Below, piece after piece: positions 27,379-38,022 of a stretch of DNA of 60,127 nucleotides. The notes under the pieces are model-generated. The model did no database searches. It was not told the origin of the DNA and saw nothing but the letters and a program-made list of their open reading frames with translations. The stretch is taken from assembly GCA_964614215.1 (NCBI GenBank), contig CAZTKP010000001.1:1-60127 (forward strand), read 5' to 3'. Numbering within the stretch: the stretch's first letter is position 1; the number at the start of each line of letters is the position of its first letter. This DNA comes from an uncultured Spirochaetales bacterium (lineage in GTDB: Bacteria; UBP6; UBA1177). Both the position numbers and the translations under genes were made by a program.

Positions 27379-28506
27379 ATGGCTAAGTATCGTATCGCCT
27401 GGTTACCGGGTGACGGAGTTGGGAAGGAAGTAATGGAAGCAATGAAGATCGTTCTTGACGGTCTCGGACTTGATGCAGAATATATTCACGGGGATATAGG
27501 CTGGGAGTTCTGGTGCAAGGAGGGAGATCCGCTTCCAAAAAGAACTACCGATATGATGAAAAACACCGATTGCGCTCTTTTCGGAGCAATCACCTCAAAA
27601 CCTCAGAGAGAGGCAAAAGAGGAATTAATTCCGGAACTTAAAGACAAAGGCCTTGTTTATTTTTCACCTATCGTAAGACTTCGTCAGGAGTTCGATCTTT
27701 ACTGTAATGAAAGACCGAATGTGGCATTCACAGGCAATCCGCTTAACCTTAAGGATAACATCAACATCACTGTTTTCCGTGAAAACACAGAAGGAAGCTA
27801 TGCAGGCGTTGAGTTCGGTCCTGTAACAGAAAAACTTAAAAATGCAATGCTTGAAGACGCTCCTAAAATGAAGAAGTTCATGGACACTGACGGCGAAGAT
27901 ATGGCGATCTCAACAAGAATTATTACAAGAAAAGGTGCTGAAAGAATTATCCGCTCCGCTTTTGAGCATGCTGACAAATTCAAAAAAGGCAGTGTGACAC
28001 TTGTTGAAAAACCGAACGTTCTCAGAAAGACCGGCGGAATCATGGTTGAGGTTTTTGAAGAAGTTGCAAAGGAATATCCTCATATTGACAGCTGGTTTGA
28101 CAATGTTGACGCAATAGCAATGTGGCTTGTTAAGTCACCTGAAAAATACGAAGTTCTCGTTGCGGAAAATCTCTTCGGCGACATTATCAGTGACCTTGCA
28201 GGACAGCTCGTCGGCGGACTCGGATTCGCTCACAGCGGAAACGTTGGAAACGGATACGCAGTTTTTGAACCTGTTCACGGAAGTGCTCCGAAATATGAAG
28301 GGCTTTACAAAGTCAATCCGATGGCAATGTTCCTTGCCGGAAGAATGATGCTCAACTACCTCGGAGAAACTGAAAAAGCTGAAAAGCTCATCAACGGAAT
28401 CGAGAAAACCGTCAGAGACGGCAAAGTCGTAACTTACGACCTTGGCGGAACTGCAAAAACTCTTGAAGTTGCTCAGGAAGTTCTTAAGAACGCACTGGAA
28501 TCATAA
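27379..28506 (+). CDS. isocitrate/isopropylmalate dehydrogenase family protein (substrate not assignable)
   Basis: IAWLPGDGVGKEV, VFRENTEGSYAG, NLFGDIISDLAGQLVGGLG and EPVHGSAP motifs. No leuCD or icd context. Confidence 0.85.
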   Translation: MAKYRIAWLPGDGVGKEVMEAMKIVLDGLGLDAEYIHGDIGWEFWCKEGDPLPKRTTDMMKNTDCALFGAITSKPQREAKEELIPELKDKGLVYFSPIVRLRQEFDLYCNERPNVAFTGNPLNLKDNINITVFRENTEGSYAGVEFGPVTEKLKNAMLEDAPKMKKFMDTDGEDMAISTRIITRKGAERIIRSAFEHADKFKKGSVTLVEKPNVLRKTGGIMVEVFEEVAKEYPHIDSWFDNVDAIAMWLVKSPEKYEVLVAENLFGDIISDLAGQLVGGLGFAHSGNVGNGYAVFEPVHGSAPKYEGLYKVNPMAMFLAGRMMLNYLGETEKAEKLINGIEKTVRDGKVVTYDLGGTAKTLEVAQEVLKNALES

Positions 28507-28508
28507 AA

Positions 28509-29393
28509 CTATTTCAAAGCTTCTGTATTCACAATGAAAAAATCAAATTGTCGCGGCACTCCTGATGTGAAATAATGTCCGTCATCATCTTCTTCGGTTG
28601 CCCTGATACTGTTTCTAACAAAATACTCATATCCTTCAGATGTTACGACTTCTCCATTACTGACAACAACAGGTTTCTTTCCTTCAATTGTAATTTTTAA
28701 CGGTGGCGCTATCAGAGAATCATACAGCAAGTCCCCTTCAAGCTCCATTGAAGCTCCGCTCTTATACTTAACACAGAAAGACTCACATGAAGGAATAACT
28801 TCCTGTTTCACACTGACTTCAGGTGCATATTTTGAAGGCCAGATTCCTCCCGATTCACTTTCATCACCTTCATTTACAATACTCTGCCCAGTTACAGCTA
28901 TCAATTCTCCGTCCTTATGTCGAACGACCTGAACATCACGGCTTATAGATTCTCCATTAATATCGCCATAAAATCCTTCTTTTTTGTAAACGGAAACCTC
29001 TTTACCTATAAGAGAATCTTTAAAAAATGATTTATCAACACCTACAAATCCAATGCCACACCAATCATCGTCTTTGCATTTCTCAATACACTTTCCTTTT
29101 AGTCCGACATTTTCCATTTCATGATATTGACCAAATTCAAATTTTTCAACGATAAATCTTTCACTTGTTTCGGAGCTAGAAGATTCAAATGAACAGCCTA
29201 CAATTAGTTGCCGTTTAAAGCTGTTATCACTATTTTGATACTCACAGTCTTCACCACCTCCACCTCCATTCTCCCATAAATCAGTCGTAAGAATACAGTT
29301 TTCATCACCCAGACCTGAATCATTATCGGTGGTTTCGTTGTTTTCACATGAGACAAACATCGCTACAAACATCAATAAAATCAGGCGTTTCAT
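28509..29393 (-). CDS. secreted acidic lipoprotein, tandem paralog A
   Basis: Signal plus lipobox (FVSC). Shares DNDSxLGDENCIL.TDLWE.GGGGGE.C.YQ and the C-terminal 70 aa (APPLKIT.EGK.PV.VSNGEVVTSEGYEYFVRNS...FDFFIVNTEAL) with the next gene. Confidence 0.75.
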   Translation of the reverse strand: MKRLILLMFVAMFVSCENNETTDNDSGLGDENCILTTDLWENGGGGGEDCEYQNSDNSFKRQLIVGCSFESSSSETSERFIVEKFEFGQYHEMENVGLKGKCIEKCKDDDWCGIGFVGVDKSFFKDSLIGKEVSVYKKEGFYGDINGESISRDVQVVRHKDGELIAVTGQSIVNEGDESESGGIWPSKYAPEVSVKQEVIPSCESFCVKYKSGASMELEGDLLYDSLIAPPLKITIEGKKPVVVSNGEVVTSEGYEYFVRNSIRATEEDDDGHYFTSGVPRQFDFFIVNTEALK

Positions 29394-29400
29394 AGTGCTA

Positions 29401-30243
29401 TCACCTCAAAGCTTCTGTGTTCACAATGAAGAAATCAAATTTATACTCGACTCCTAGATTTAAATATTTTCCGTCTTCATCATCTTCTGATGCACGAACA
29501 CTATTTCTTACAAAATATTCGTAACCTTCAGATGTCACAACTTCTCCATTGCTGACAATAACCGGATCTTTGCCTTCAACGGTAATTTTCAAAGGCGGAG
29601 CTACAAGAGAATCAACAACCCAGTCTCCCAGAGGTTCATGATCTTCACCTCTTTGATATTTTACGCAAAAAGGTTCGCAAGTTGAGAGTACCTCCTGTTT
29701 AATTGTTATTTGCGGAACCAAACTTGAAGGCCAAAGTCCATCAGTTTTACCCTGGTCATTACTTTCACAAAAAATATTAACGCCCATTACCGCAATAATT
29801 GTTCCATCCTTGTGTTTAACGACAACAAGACCTCCGAAATAGCTTTCCTTGTAATATACAGTAACTTCTTTACCGATCAGCGAATCTTTAAAAAGAGAAC
29901 GATCATAATTTTTAAATGTTATCCCACATTTATTTTCTTTTCCGCATTCACCTCTGGGGATAACTTCATTTCTATCTTCAAGAATAAGTATTTCATCAAT
30001 TACAAAAGATGTGCCATCTTCATCACCTGAACCTTCAACATATCTTTTCATAAAATCATCATAGTGTTGATACTGGCAACCTTCTCCACCACCGCCGCCA
30101 CTTTCCCATAAATCAGTCGCAAGAATACAGTTTTCATCACCCAGATCAGAATCATTGTCTACAGTCTCACCTTCTCCACAAGAAACAAAAACAAAAATAA
30201 CTGCCAATATTATGAAGTATTTACTCAATTCAATCTCCAGCAT
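29401..30243 (-). CDS. secreted acidic lipoprotein, tandem paralog B
   Basis: 280 aa with the same architecture and conserved termini as 28509..29393. The gap between the two genes is 7 nt. Confidence 0.75.
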   Translation of the reverse strand: MLEIELSKYFIILAVIFVFVSCGEGETVDNDSDLGDENCILATDLWESGGGGGEGCQYQHYDDFMKRYVEGSGDEDGTSFVIDEILILEDRNEVIPRGECGKENKCGITFKNYDRSLFKDSLIGKEVTVYYKESYFGGLVVVKHKDGTIIAVMGVNIFCESNDQGKTDGLWPSSLVPQITIKQEVLSTCEPFCVKYQRGEDHEPLGDWVVDSLVAPPLKITVEGKDPVIVSNGEVVTSEGYEYFVRNSVRASEDDEDGKYLNLGVEYKFDFFIVNTEALR

Positions 30244-30309
30244 AAAGATTTTAACAAAACTCGTTTATGATATTTTATTGAATAGTTAACAAAAAAGCAA
30301 ACGGGAGTT

Positions 30310-30327
30310 TCCTTTTCTTTGATAAAA
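30310..30327. repeat. 18-bp direct repeat, copy 1 (tccttttctttgataaaa)
   Basis: Identical to 30812-30829. The two copies bracket the DUF1016 remnant. Confidence 0.8.
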
Positions 30328-30392
30328 ATAATTTGACCGAAACACCGCCGACCTTTATATTTGATTTAGTTTAACTTTAATTTGGGGCCAAT

Positions 30393-30761
30393 ATGGTTAA
30401 AAAAAACTACACATCATCCATTGCTCTAAACAGCAAAGAAAATTATAAAAACTTACTTGCCGAACTAAAAAGCATACTCAGCAAAGGTAAGGCAAAAGCT
30501 TACAAGGCAGTTGACAACATCAAAGTTCAGACTTACTGGCAGATCGGCGAACGAATTGTGAGAGATGAAATTGAAAATAAGGATAGAGCAGATTACGGCA
30601 AAAATCTAGTAGATAGCATATCTTCAGACCTTGGAATCAACAAACGAGAACTGTATAGAATTATTAGATTTTTTCGCTTGTATCAAATTGTGGCTACAGT
30701 GTCGCCACAATTAAGCTGGAGTCACTATAAAGAACTTGTTGATATAAGACTAGTCCTCTAA
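30393..30761 (+). pseudogene. truncated DUF1016/YhcG-family (PDDEXK nuclease) gene: N-terminal domain only
   Basis: AYKAVDNIKVQTYWQIGERIVRDE...YGKNLVDSISSDLG...LYRIIRFFRLYQIVATVSPQLSWSHYKEL matches the N-terminal helical domain of the roughly 340-aa YhcG-like proteins. The ORF stops after 122 aa, before any nuclease domain. Confidence 0.65.
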
Positions 30762-30811
30762 ATTGTGGTTAGTTTTATGTTTTCGGCAGTATGCTCAAAT
30801 ATTAAGCTACC

Positions 30812-30829
30812 TCCTTTTCTTTGATAAAA
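30812..30829. repeat. 18-bp direct repeat, copy 2 (overlaps the metG -35 element)
   Basis: Identical to 30310-30327. Confidence 0.8.
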
Positions 30830-30848
30830 GTCACATCATCAGTATATT
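30821..30848 (+). promoter_or_regulatory. candidate metG promoter
   Basis: TTGATA (30821-30826), a 16-nt spacer, then TATATT (30843-30848). AGGAG lies 6 nt before the ATG at 30888. Confidence 0.45.
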
Positions 30849-30887
30849 AACTTCGTTTCGTTCATTTACGATTTTTAGGAGAATTTT

Positions 30888-32552
30888 ATGAAGTATCTTG
30901 TTACATCCGCACTACCTTATGCAAACGGCCCTATCCATCTTGGACACATCGCGGGAGCTTATCTTCCTGCCGACATCTATGTCCGTTATCTTCGCAGCAT
31001 GAAAAGAGACGTTCTCTACATTTGCGGAACTGATGAACACGGTGTTCCCATCACAATTAACGCTGAAGGTCGCGGAATTACACCCGAAGACGTTATTAAG
31101 GAAAATCACGAAAAGATAAAAAAAGGTTTTGAGCTTATGCAGATGTCATTTGATATCTTCAGCGGCACACATAACAAAATTCACAGCGAACTTTCACAGG
31201 AGTTCTTTCTTACGCTTCAAAAAGAAGGTTTCATCTCCGAAAAGGAAGTTGAACAGTTCTACTGCGAGCATGACAAGATGTTCCTGCCCGACAGATATGT
31301 AGAAGGAATCTGCCCGCTTTGCAAAGCTGAAGGCGCAAGAGGCGACCAGTGCGATGCCTGCGGTAACGCCTTGAATACATTGGATCTTATTGATCCAAAA
31401 TGTAAGATATGCAACGCGGTTCCGGTTGTAAAAACATCAAAGCACTGGTTTTTAGACCTTAACAAGTTTGAAAAAGACCTAAATGACTGGCTCGATACCA
31501 AAACAAATTGGAAAAGTAACGTCAAAGCTTTTTGCAAACAGTGGTTTGAAAGAGGTCTGGAACCTCGCGGAATAACGAGAGATCTAAAATGGGGCGTTCC
31601 CGTTCCTGTTGAAGGAGCTGAAGGAAAAGTTCTCTACGTCTGGTTTGATGCTCCCATCGGATACGCTTCTTTTACAAAAGAGTATTTCGCAAAAAAAGGC
31701 GCCGACGAAAATGAATGGGAAAAATGGTGGAAAGGCGGAGATGATGTAAAACTCACACACTTTATCGGCAAAGATAACATCGTTTTTCACTCAATAATAT
31801 GGCCCGCAATGCTTATGGGACAAAAAACCGGCTGGAAACTTCCTGATGAAATTCCTGCAAATGAATTCCTCAATCTTGAAGGACAGAAAATATCTACAAG
31901 TAAGAACTGGGCGATCTGGGTCCATGAATTCCTTGAGAGATTCAACTCCGACTCTGTCAGATTCTATCTTGCTGAAATTGCTCCGGAAACAAAGGATGCT
32001 GACTTTAGTTTTAAAAAGTTTCAGGAAGCAAACAACTCACTTCTTGCTGGTATTTACGGGAACTTTGCAAACAGAAACCTTGCCTTCATCAACAAGTTCT
32101 TCAAGGGAAAGATAGACGGTGAAATTGAATCCGGTGAAGAAGATGAAAAAGTTTGGAATGATGCGATCACTGAAGCGAAGAACGTTCTTGACTGCTATGA
32201 AAACTATAAAGTCCGGGAAGCTGTTGAAAGAATTATGGATCTTGGCCGCCATGCAAATAAATACTTCGACACAATGGCTCCATGGGCGCTCAGAAAGGAC
32301 AATAAACCAAGATGCAGAGGTGTCCTGCTCACATGTATGAACCTCATCAACCTCATAGGAACGGTGCTTTCCCCTATAACTCCGACAACAGTTGTTAAAG
32401 TCAGAAAAATGCTTAACCTTAAAGAAGAAGTTGACTTCAACACCGACCTTGAAAAAATGGTTCAACCCGGAGTTAAGCTCAATGAAGTTGAGATTCTCTT
32501 CAATATGATCGATGACGAAACCATCGAAGCGGAAAAAGCCAGACTCGGTTAG
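30888..32552 (+). CDS. metG: methionyl-tRNA synthetase (short form without the C-terminal tRNA-binding domain)
   Basis: PYANGPIHLGHIAG (HIGH), KISTSKN (KMSKS), and zinc knuckles CPLCKAEGARGDQCDACG and CKIC. Confidence 0.95.
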   Translation: MKYLVTSALPYANGPIHLGHIAGAYLPADIYVRYLRSMKRDVLYICGTDEHGVPITINAEGRGITPEDVIKENHEKIKKGFELMQMSFDIFSGTHNKIHSELSQEFFLTLQKEGFISEKEVEQFYCEHDKMFLPDRYVEGICPLCKAEGARGDQCDACGNALNTLDLIDPKCKICNAVPVVKTSKHWFLDLNKFEKDLNDWLDTKTNWKSNVKAFCKQWFERGLEPRGITRDLKWGVPVPVEGAEGKVLYVWFDAPIGYASFTKEYFAKKGADENEWEKWWKGGDDVKLTHFIGKDNIVFHSIIWPAMLMGQKTGWKLPDEIPANEFLNLEGQKISTSKNWAIWVHEFLERFNSDSVRFYLAEIAPETKDADFSFKKFQEANNSLLAGIYGNFANRNLAFINKFFKGKIDGEIESGEEDEKVWNDAITEAKNVLDCYENYKVREAVERIMDLGRHANKYFDTMAPWALRKDNKPRCRGVLLTCMNLINLIGTVLSPITPTTVVKVRKMLNLKEEVDFNTDLEKMVQPGVKLNEVEILFNMIDDETIEAEKARLG

Positions 32553-32602
32553 TTCTAAAAACAAACCTATTGACTTAATTTTCCAGACAACTAAAATTTT
32601 TA

Positions 32603-33507
<905 letters not shown>

Positions 33508-33524
<17 letters not shown>

Positions 33525-34356
33525 AAACAGCAACTCTTTCTATTCCCGCCAGATCCTTTACAACTTTTTCCAGTTTCAGGTCTTGAATATTTTTTAAGAA
33601 TTGAGCCCCTTCAAAACCAAGCTCCAGTATTAAGCTGCCGTTTTCATTAAGGTATTCTGATGCCTGGTCAATTATTTTTTTGGTAATTTCAAAACCCGTT
33701 TTACCACTTAAAAGCGCTTCCTCCGGTTCGTACTCAAGCCCGTTCTTACAGTAAACATTCATATCTTTTTCAGAAAGATATGGCGGATTTGCAGTTATCA
33801 CATCAAATTTATCGCTAATGTTTCCGAAAAGGTCACTTTGTACAATCGAAATCTCTTTGTCCGAAAACAGCTTTTCAGCATTAATCTTTGTGACCTCCAG
33901 AGCATCCTTTGAAATATCTGAAAGAGTCAGATCACAATTAGTATCCCGTTTTATACTGAGTCCGACACATCCGCTTCCGCAACAGATGTCTAGAACTTTA
34001 GTTTTTTTATTTATTTTTAAGAACTCTACGGCTTCTTCAACAAGAATTTCCGTCTCAGGTCTTGGAACGAGCACCCTGCTGTCAACATAGAAAGAGTCCT
34101 TATAAAAGTCTTTTTTTTGTAAAATATAAGCAACCGGCTCGCCGACAGCTCTTCTTTCAACAAGCTCTTGATATTGTTTATGTTCTCTGTCATCAATTGT
34201 TTCCTGTTTTTTAAAAAACAAGTCTGCTCTGCTAATATTAAGGACTTCACAAAGCAGAATTTCCGCATCCAGTTGAGGCGTTTCAGAAGTTTCTTTTAAG
34301 GATTGTACGCCCTCTTTCAGGACATCATTTACCGTCCTTGTCATTGCTAAGGTCAT
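33508..34356 (-). CDS. prmC: release-factor glutamine methyltransferase PrmC/HemK
   Basis: [15 protein letters not shown] motif and ITANPPY. It overlaps the prfA 3' end by 32 nt. The real start may be an internal Met. Confidence 0.88.
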
Positions 34357-35434
34357 CCATATTCTGATTGAGAAGGAGAGCGTTCTGATAATTTATTATG
34401 GGCTCTATAAGCTGATCCAGAGATCCTTCCATGATCTCATCAAGCCTGTAAAGCGTTAATTTTATTCTGTGATCTGTCACTCGACCCTGTGGAAAGTTAT
34501 ATGTTCTGATCTTTTCAGACCTGTCACCTGATCCGACAAGAGATTTTCTTTGAGAGCTAAGCTCTTTTTCCTGTTTTTCTCTTTCAAGTTGAAGAAGCTT
34601 TGCTTCAAGGATCTTCATAGCTCTCAATCTGTTCTGGATCTGACTCCTCTCATCCTGCATTGCAATAGATATCCCTGTAGGAAGATGAGTTATTCTGACA
34701 GCACTATCTGTCGTATTAACATGCTGCCCGCCAGCTCCACTGGCTCTATATACATCTATCTTTAGATCTTTTTCCTCTATATTCACCTCATCAATATCAT
34801 CAGCTTCAGGAAGCACAGCAACGGTAATAGCCGAAGTGTGAACTCTCCCCTGAGATTCCGTAACCGGAACTCTCTGGACACGATGAACTCCACCCTCATA
34901 TTTCAGTTTTCCGTATACATCGTGACCACTTACAGAACAGACAACTTCTTTTAGTCCGCCACCTTCAGAAGAGCTTAGCGACATCGTGTCAACTTTCCAT
35001 CCTTTGGTTTCGGAAAATCTAGTATACATCCTGAAGATCTCCTCCGCAAAAAGAGCAGCCTCATCCCCACCGGTTCCTGCTCTGATCTCAAGAATTGCAT
35101 TCTTTTCATCCATCGGATCTCTGGGAAGCAGAAGAACTCTTATATCTTCTTCAAGTTCTTCATACTTCTTTTCAAGCTCAGGCAGTTCACTTTTTATCAT
35201 TTCAAGCAGATCTTCATCTTTTTCAACCGAAAGCATTTCTTTCTGATCTGCAATTTCTTTTTCCAGAGATGTCCATTCTTTATATTTTTCAGAGATTTTC
35301 TTAAGATGCGTATACTCTTTCATCAAGGCTGTATATTTCTTAATATCGGAAACAACTTCCGGCTTTGAAAGCTCCTTTTCCATATTCAGGAAGCTCTTAT
35401 AAACCTCTTCCAGTTTGTCCTTTATATTAAGCAT
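34325..35434 (-). CDS. prfA: peptide chain release factor 1
   Basis: PVT tripeptide ([14 protein letters not shown]) and GGQ ([19 protein letters not shown]). Confidence 0.95.
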   Translation of the reverse strand: MLNIKDKLEEVYKSFLNMEKELSKPEVVSDIKKYTALMKEYTHLKKISEKYKEWTSLEKEIADQKEMLSVEKDEDLLEMIKSELPELEKKYEELEEDIRVLLLPRDPMDEKNAILEIRAGTGGDEAALFAEEIFRMYTRFSETKGWKVDTMSLSSSEGGGLKEVVCSVSGHDVYGKLKYEGGVHRVQRVPVTESQGRVHTSAITVAVLPEADDIDEVNIEEKDLKIDVYRASGAGGQHVNTTDSAVRITHLPTGISIAMQDERSQIQNRLRAMKILEAKLLQLEREKQEKELSSQRKSLVGSGDRSEKIRTYNFPQGRVTDHRIKLTLYRLDEIMEGSLDQLIEPIINYQNALLLNQNMDDLSNDKDGK

Positions 35435-35458
35435 TCTGCATCTCCGTCCTTATTAAAT

Positions 35459-35500
35459 AAAAAAATCCCCCATTATTCTCGTAAATGAGAACAACAGGGG
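35459..35500 (-). terminator. intrinsic terminator after rpmE
   Basis: Minus strand reads CCCC-TGTTG-TTCTC-ATTTAC-GAGAA-TAATG-GGGGG, followed by ATTTTTTTA. Confidence 0.6.
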
Positions 35501-35519
35501 AAGAAAAAGGCGAGTCAGG

Positions 35520-35741
35520 CTATTTTTTGCCTGTGTAAGTATCTCTATTATACTTAGCTTTGAACTTCTCAATCCTTCCTGCAGTATCAACTATCTTAGT
35601 CTTTCCGGTGTAGAAAGGGTGACACTGTGAACATATTTCAACACTGTAACCGTCTTTCTTTGTTGAGCGTGTAATGATCTCATTCCCGCAGGAACATTTT
35701 ACTGTAACAACATTGAGTGTCGGGTGTATTTTGTCCTTCAT
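35520..35741 (-). CDS. rpmE: 50S ribosomal protein L31 (zinc-binding type)
   Basis: MKDKIHP..., CSCGNE...[10 protein letters not shown]. Confidence 0.93.
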   Translation of the reverse strand: MKDKIHPTLNVVTVKCSCGNEIITRSTKKDGYSVEICSQCHPFYTGKTKIVDTAGRIEKFKAKYNRDTYTGKK

Positions 35742-35844
35742 CTCTCATCTCCTTAAAAATACAGAACAAAGTCAACGAAATCCTAGTCGGGACAATTAAA
35801 AAATCAAGATTAATTTAACAGAAGCCTGCAAAACCTTGAATTTA

Positions 35845-37164
35845 TTAGCCTTTCATGCCCTCATAGTATTCGTTGCCTAGGTGCGTAATAAGATCTTCGC
35901 CCATCATATGGCGGAGAGTATTCTTCAATTTTGTCTGCTGAATGAAAATATCATGTTCCGGATACAAGCCTTCTGCAACCATTGGTGATTTAAAATAGAA
36001 GCTCATCCATTCCTGTATTCCGTAGAACCCGGCTCTTGCAGCCAGATCAATAAAGAGAACCGTATCAAGAACAACCGGTGCAGCAAGAATTGAATCTCTG
36101 CAAAGAAAGTTAATCTTTATCTGCATAGGCATTTCAAGCCATCCGAAAATATCAATATTGTCCCATGCTTCTTTTGCATCACCTCTAGGCGGATAGTAAT
36201 TGATCCTGACTTTGTGATAATACTTTTCATAAAGTGACGGGTATTTCTCAGGCTGAAGTATTGTATCAAGAACAGAAAGTTTTGAAACCTCCTTACTTTT
36301 AAAATTGTCAGGATTATCAAGCACTTCACCATCTCTGTTTCCAAGAATATTTGTAGAGAACCAGCCGTGAAGTCCCAGAAGTCTTGTCTTAAGACCGGGT
36401 CCGAGAATAGTTTTCATCAACGTCTGTCCTGTCTTCCAGTCCTTTCCGGCGATCGGAACACCATTCTTTCTGGCCAGTTCCTGAATAGCCTTAACATCAA
36501 CTGTGAAGTTCGGCGCACCGTTTACAAACGGAATTCCCATTGTCAGAGCAGCATAGGCATAGATCTGACTTGGTGCGACCTCAGGATGATTATCAACAAG
36601 AGCCTTTTCAAAATCATCGAGTGTTTCATGAATTTCACAAGGTTTATGATAAGCTTCTGTCGATGCGTTCCATACCATAACAGCTCTTGTGCAGCCCTTT
36701 TCTTCCATTGTTTTTTTCATGTCATCCATAAGCTGCTCAGCAAGATCCATGTGGTTCTTACCTTTTTTAATATTTGTGCCGTCAATATTTTTTACCCAGT
36801 CATGATAGAAAACTGCAGACATGGGTTTAATTGCTTCCATTTCTTCTTTAACAGGTTCAAGATGCTTAGGAAGTACTACATCTGCTGTCTTAGCAGCTTC
36901 GTACATGTTGTCGTGAAAAATATCCCAGCCTGCAAACTCCATATTCTCTAACGAATAAAGGGGAACAAAATCCTTTATCATCGGCGAATTGTTATCCGTC
37001 CTCTTTCCAAGTCTGATGTGTCCCATCTGTGTAAGAGAACCAATGGGTTCGGCCAAACCTTTTTTAATGTTAAAAATACCGGCAAGAACTGTTGTTGTGA
37101 TCGCTCCCATTCCGGGAATAAAGACCATAAGTTTGCCGTCAGCGGGTTTAATTTCTCTTTTCAT
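35845..37164 (-). CDS. myo-inositol-1-phosphate synthase
   Basis: 439 aa. Rossmann start VFIPGMGAITTTVLAG, plus NILGNRDG and RDSILAAPVVLD, which match the LGNxDG and DSxLAAPxxLD MIPS signatures. ATG at 37164 follows GGAGG (the track start is TTG). Confidence 0.8.
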   Translation of the reverse strand: MKREIKPADGKLMVFIPGMGAITTTVLAGIFNIKKGLAEPIGSLTQMGHIRLGKRTDNNSPMIKDFVPLYSLENMEFAGWDIFHDNMYEAAKTADVVLPKHLEPVKEEMEAIKPMSAVFYHDWVKNIDGTNIKKGKNHMDLAEQLMDDMKKTMEEKGCTRAVMVWNASTEAYHKPCEIHETLDDFEKALVDNHPEVAPSQIYAYAALTMGIPFVNGAPNFTVDVKAIQELARKNGVPIAGKDWKTGQTLMKTILGPGLKTRLLGLHGWFSTNILGNRDGEVLDNPDNFKSKEVSKLSVLDTILQPEKYPSLYEKYYHKVRINYYPPRGDAKEAWDNIDIFGWLEMPMQIKINFLCRDSILAAPVVLDTVLFIDLAARAGFYGIQEWMSFYFKSPMVAEGLYPEHDIFIQQTKLKNTLRHMMGEDLITHLGNEYYEGMKG

Positions 37165-37392
37165 GATATCCTCCAAAAAGTTAAAAAAAATTCACAAAAC
37201 ATTTAGCGACGGCTTTGAGCAAAAAGCGTGCCGAACACAATATCTTGTATTTATTGGGTTTTACGTTTTTCACAGTATGGATTTTCGTAAATGCAGTTTA
37301 AACCGCCAGAGATATTGTAAAGTTTTTTTACGTAGCTCTGTTTGCCAAAGAAATAAATTAATGTAAAATCCTTTAGATTTTTGGAGTGGAAT

Positions 37393-38022
37393 ATGCAAAG
37401 CAGATCCTTAAAAGCGTTTTTTCTCGTTGCACTGGTTACAGGTCTAGCCCTTGCAATGAACATGACCAGATTTCAATACAGATACTACATTTTTCCTGCT
37501 GTTCTTGTCCTCTCTCCAGTTCTTTTTGACAGGAATTTCAACTTCAGACAGCTTTTTCTTCCGTCTAAAAAAGGACTTAAACTGTTTTTATGGATCGCCA
37601 TCCTGACAGTTGTTCTTTATCCCTTTCTGTTTTTCGGATACTGGGTCTGGTATAAGGGTAACTCTTTTGGAATTCCGGGAAACAGACAGATCCTTGCAGC
37701 TGTTTCAAAAGGACTTACCGGTGTTCTTATAGCTGCAATTCCGGAAGAGTTCTTTTTCAGAGGCTATCTTCAGGAACATATTTTTAAAAAGTATGACTTT
37801 AAGATCATCAAGATTCTTTCAATGAAGAACATCCTGACATCTGTACTTTTCGGAGCTGTTCATGCTATCGCATTTCTTGATATTACAAAAGCAACGACTT
37901 TTTTTCCGTCACTACTCTTCGGACTTATGACAGAAAGGAGTAAAGGGCGGATATTCTACAGCGTACTTTTTCATGTCGTTGCCAACATTCTTGCATATCT
38001 TCTGTGGACTTTTATCAGATAG
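37393..38022 (+). CDS. CPBP-family intramembrane glutamic endopeptidase (CAAX protease-like)
   Basis: Multi-TM protein with PEEFFFRGYLQ (the EExxxR motif) and FGAVHA (the FxxxH motif). Confidence 0.85.
   Translation: MQSRSLKAFFLVALVTGLALAMNMTRFQYRYYIFPAVLVLSPVLFDRNFNFRQLFLPSKKGLKLFLWIAILTVVLYPFLFFGYWVWYKGNSFGIPGNRQILAAVSKGLTGVLIAAIPEEFFFRGYLQEHIFKKYDFKIIKILSMKNILTSVLFGAVHAIAFLDITKATTFFPSLLFGLMTERSKGRIFYSVLFHVVANILAYLLWTFIR

Noticed and set aside
34325-35434. Checked the release-factor gene for an RF2-type programmed +1 frameshift site.
   Set aside because: The product has the RF1 PVT tripeptide and is a single uninterrupted ORF. No CTT-TGA-C slippery site is expected or seen.
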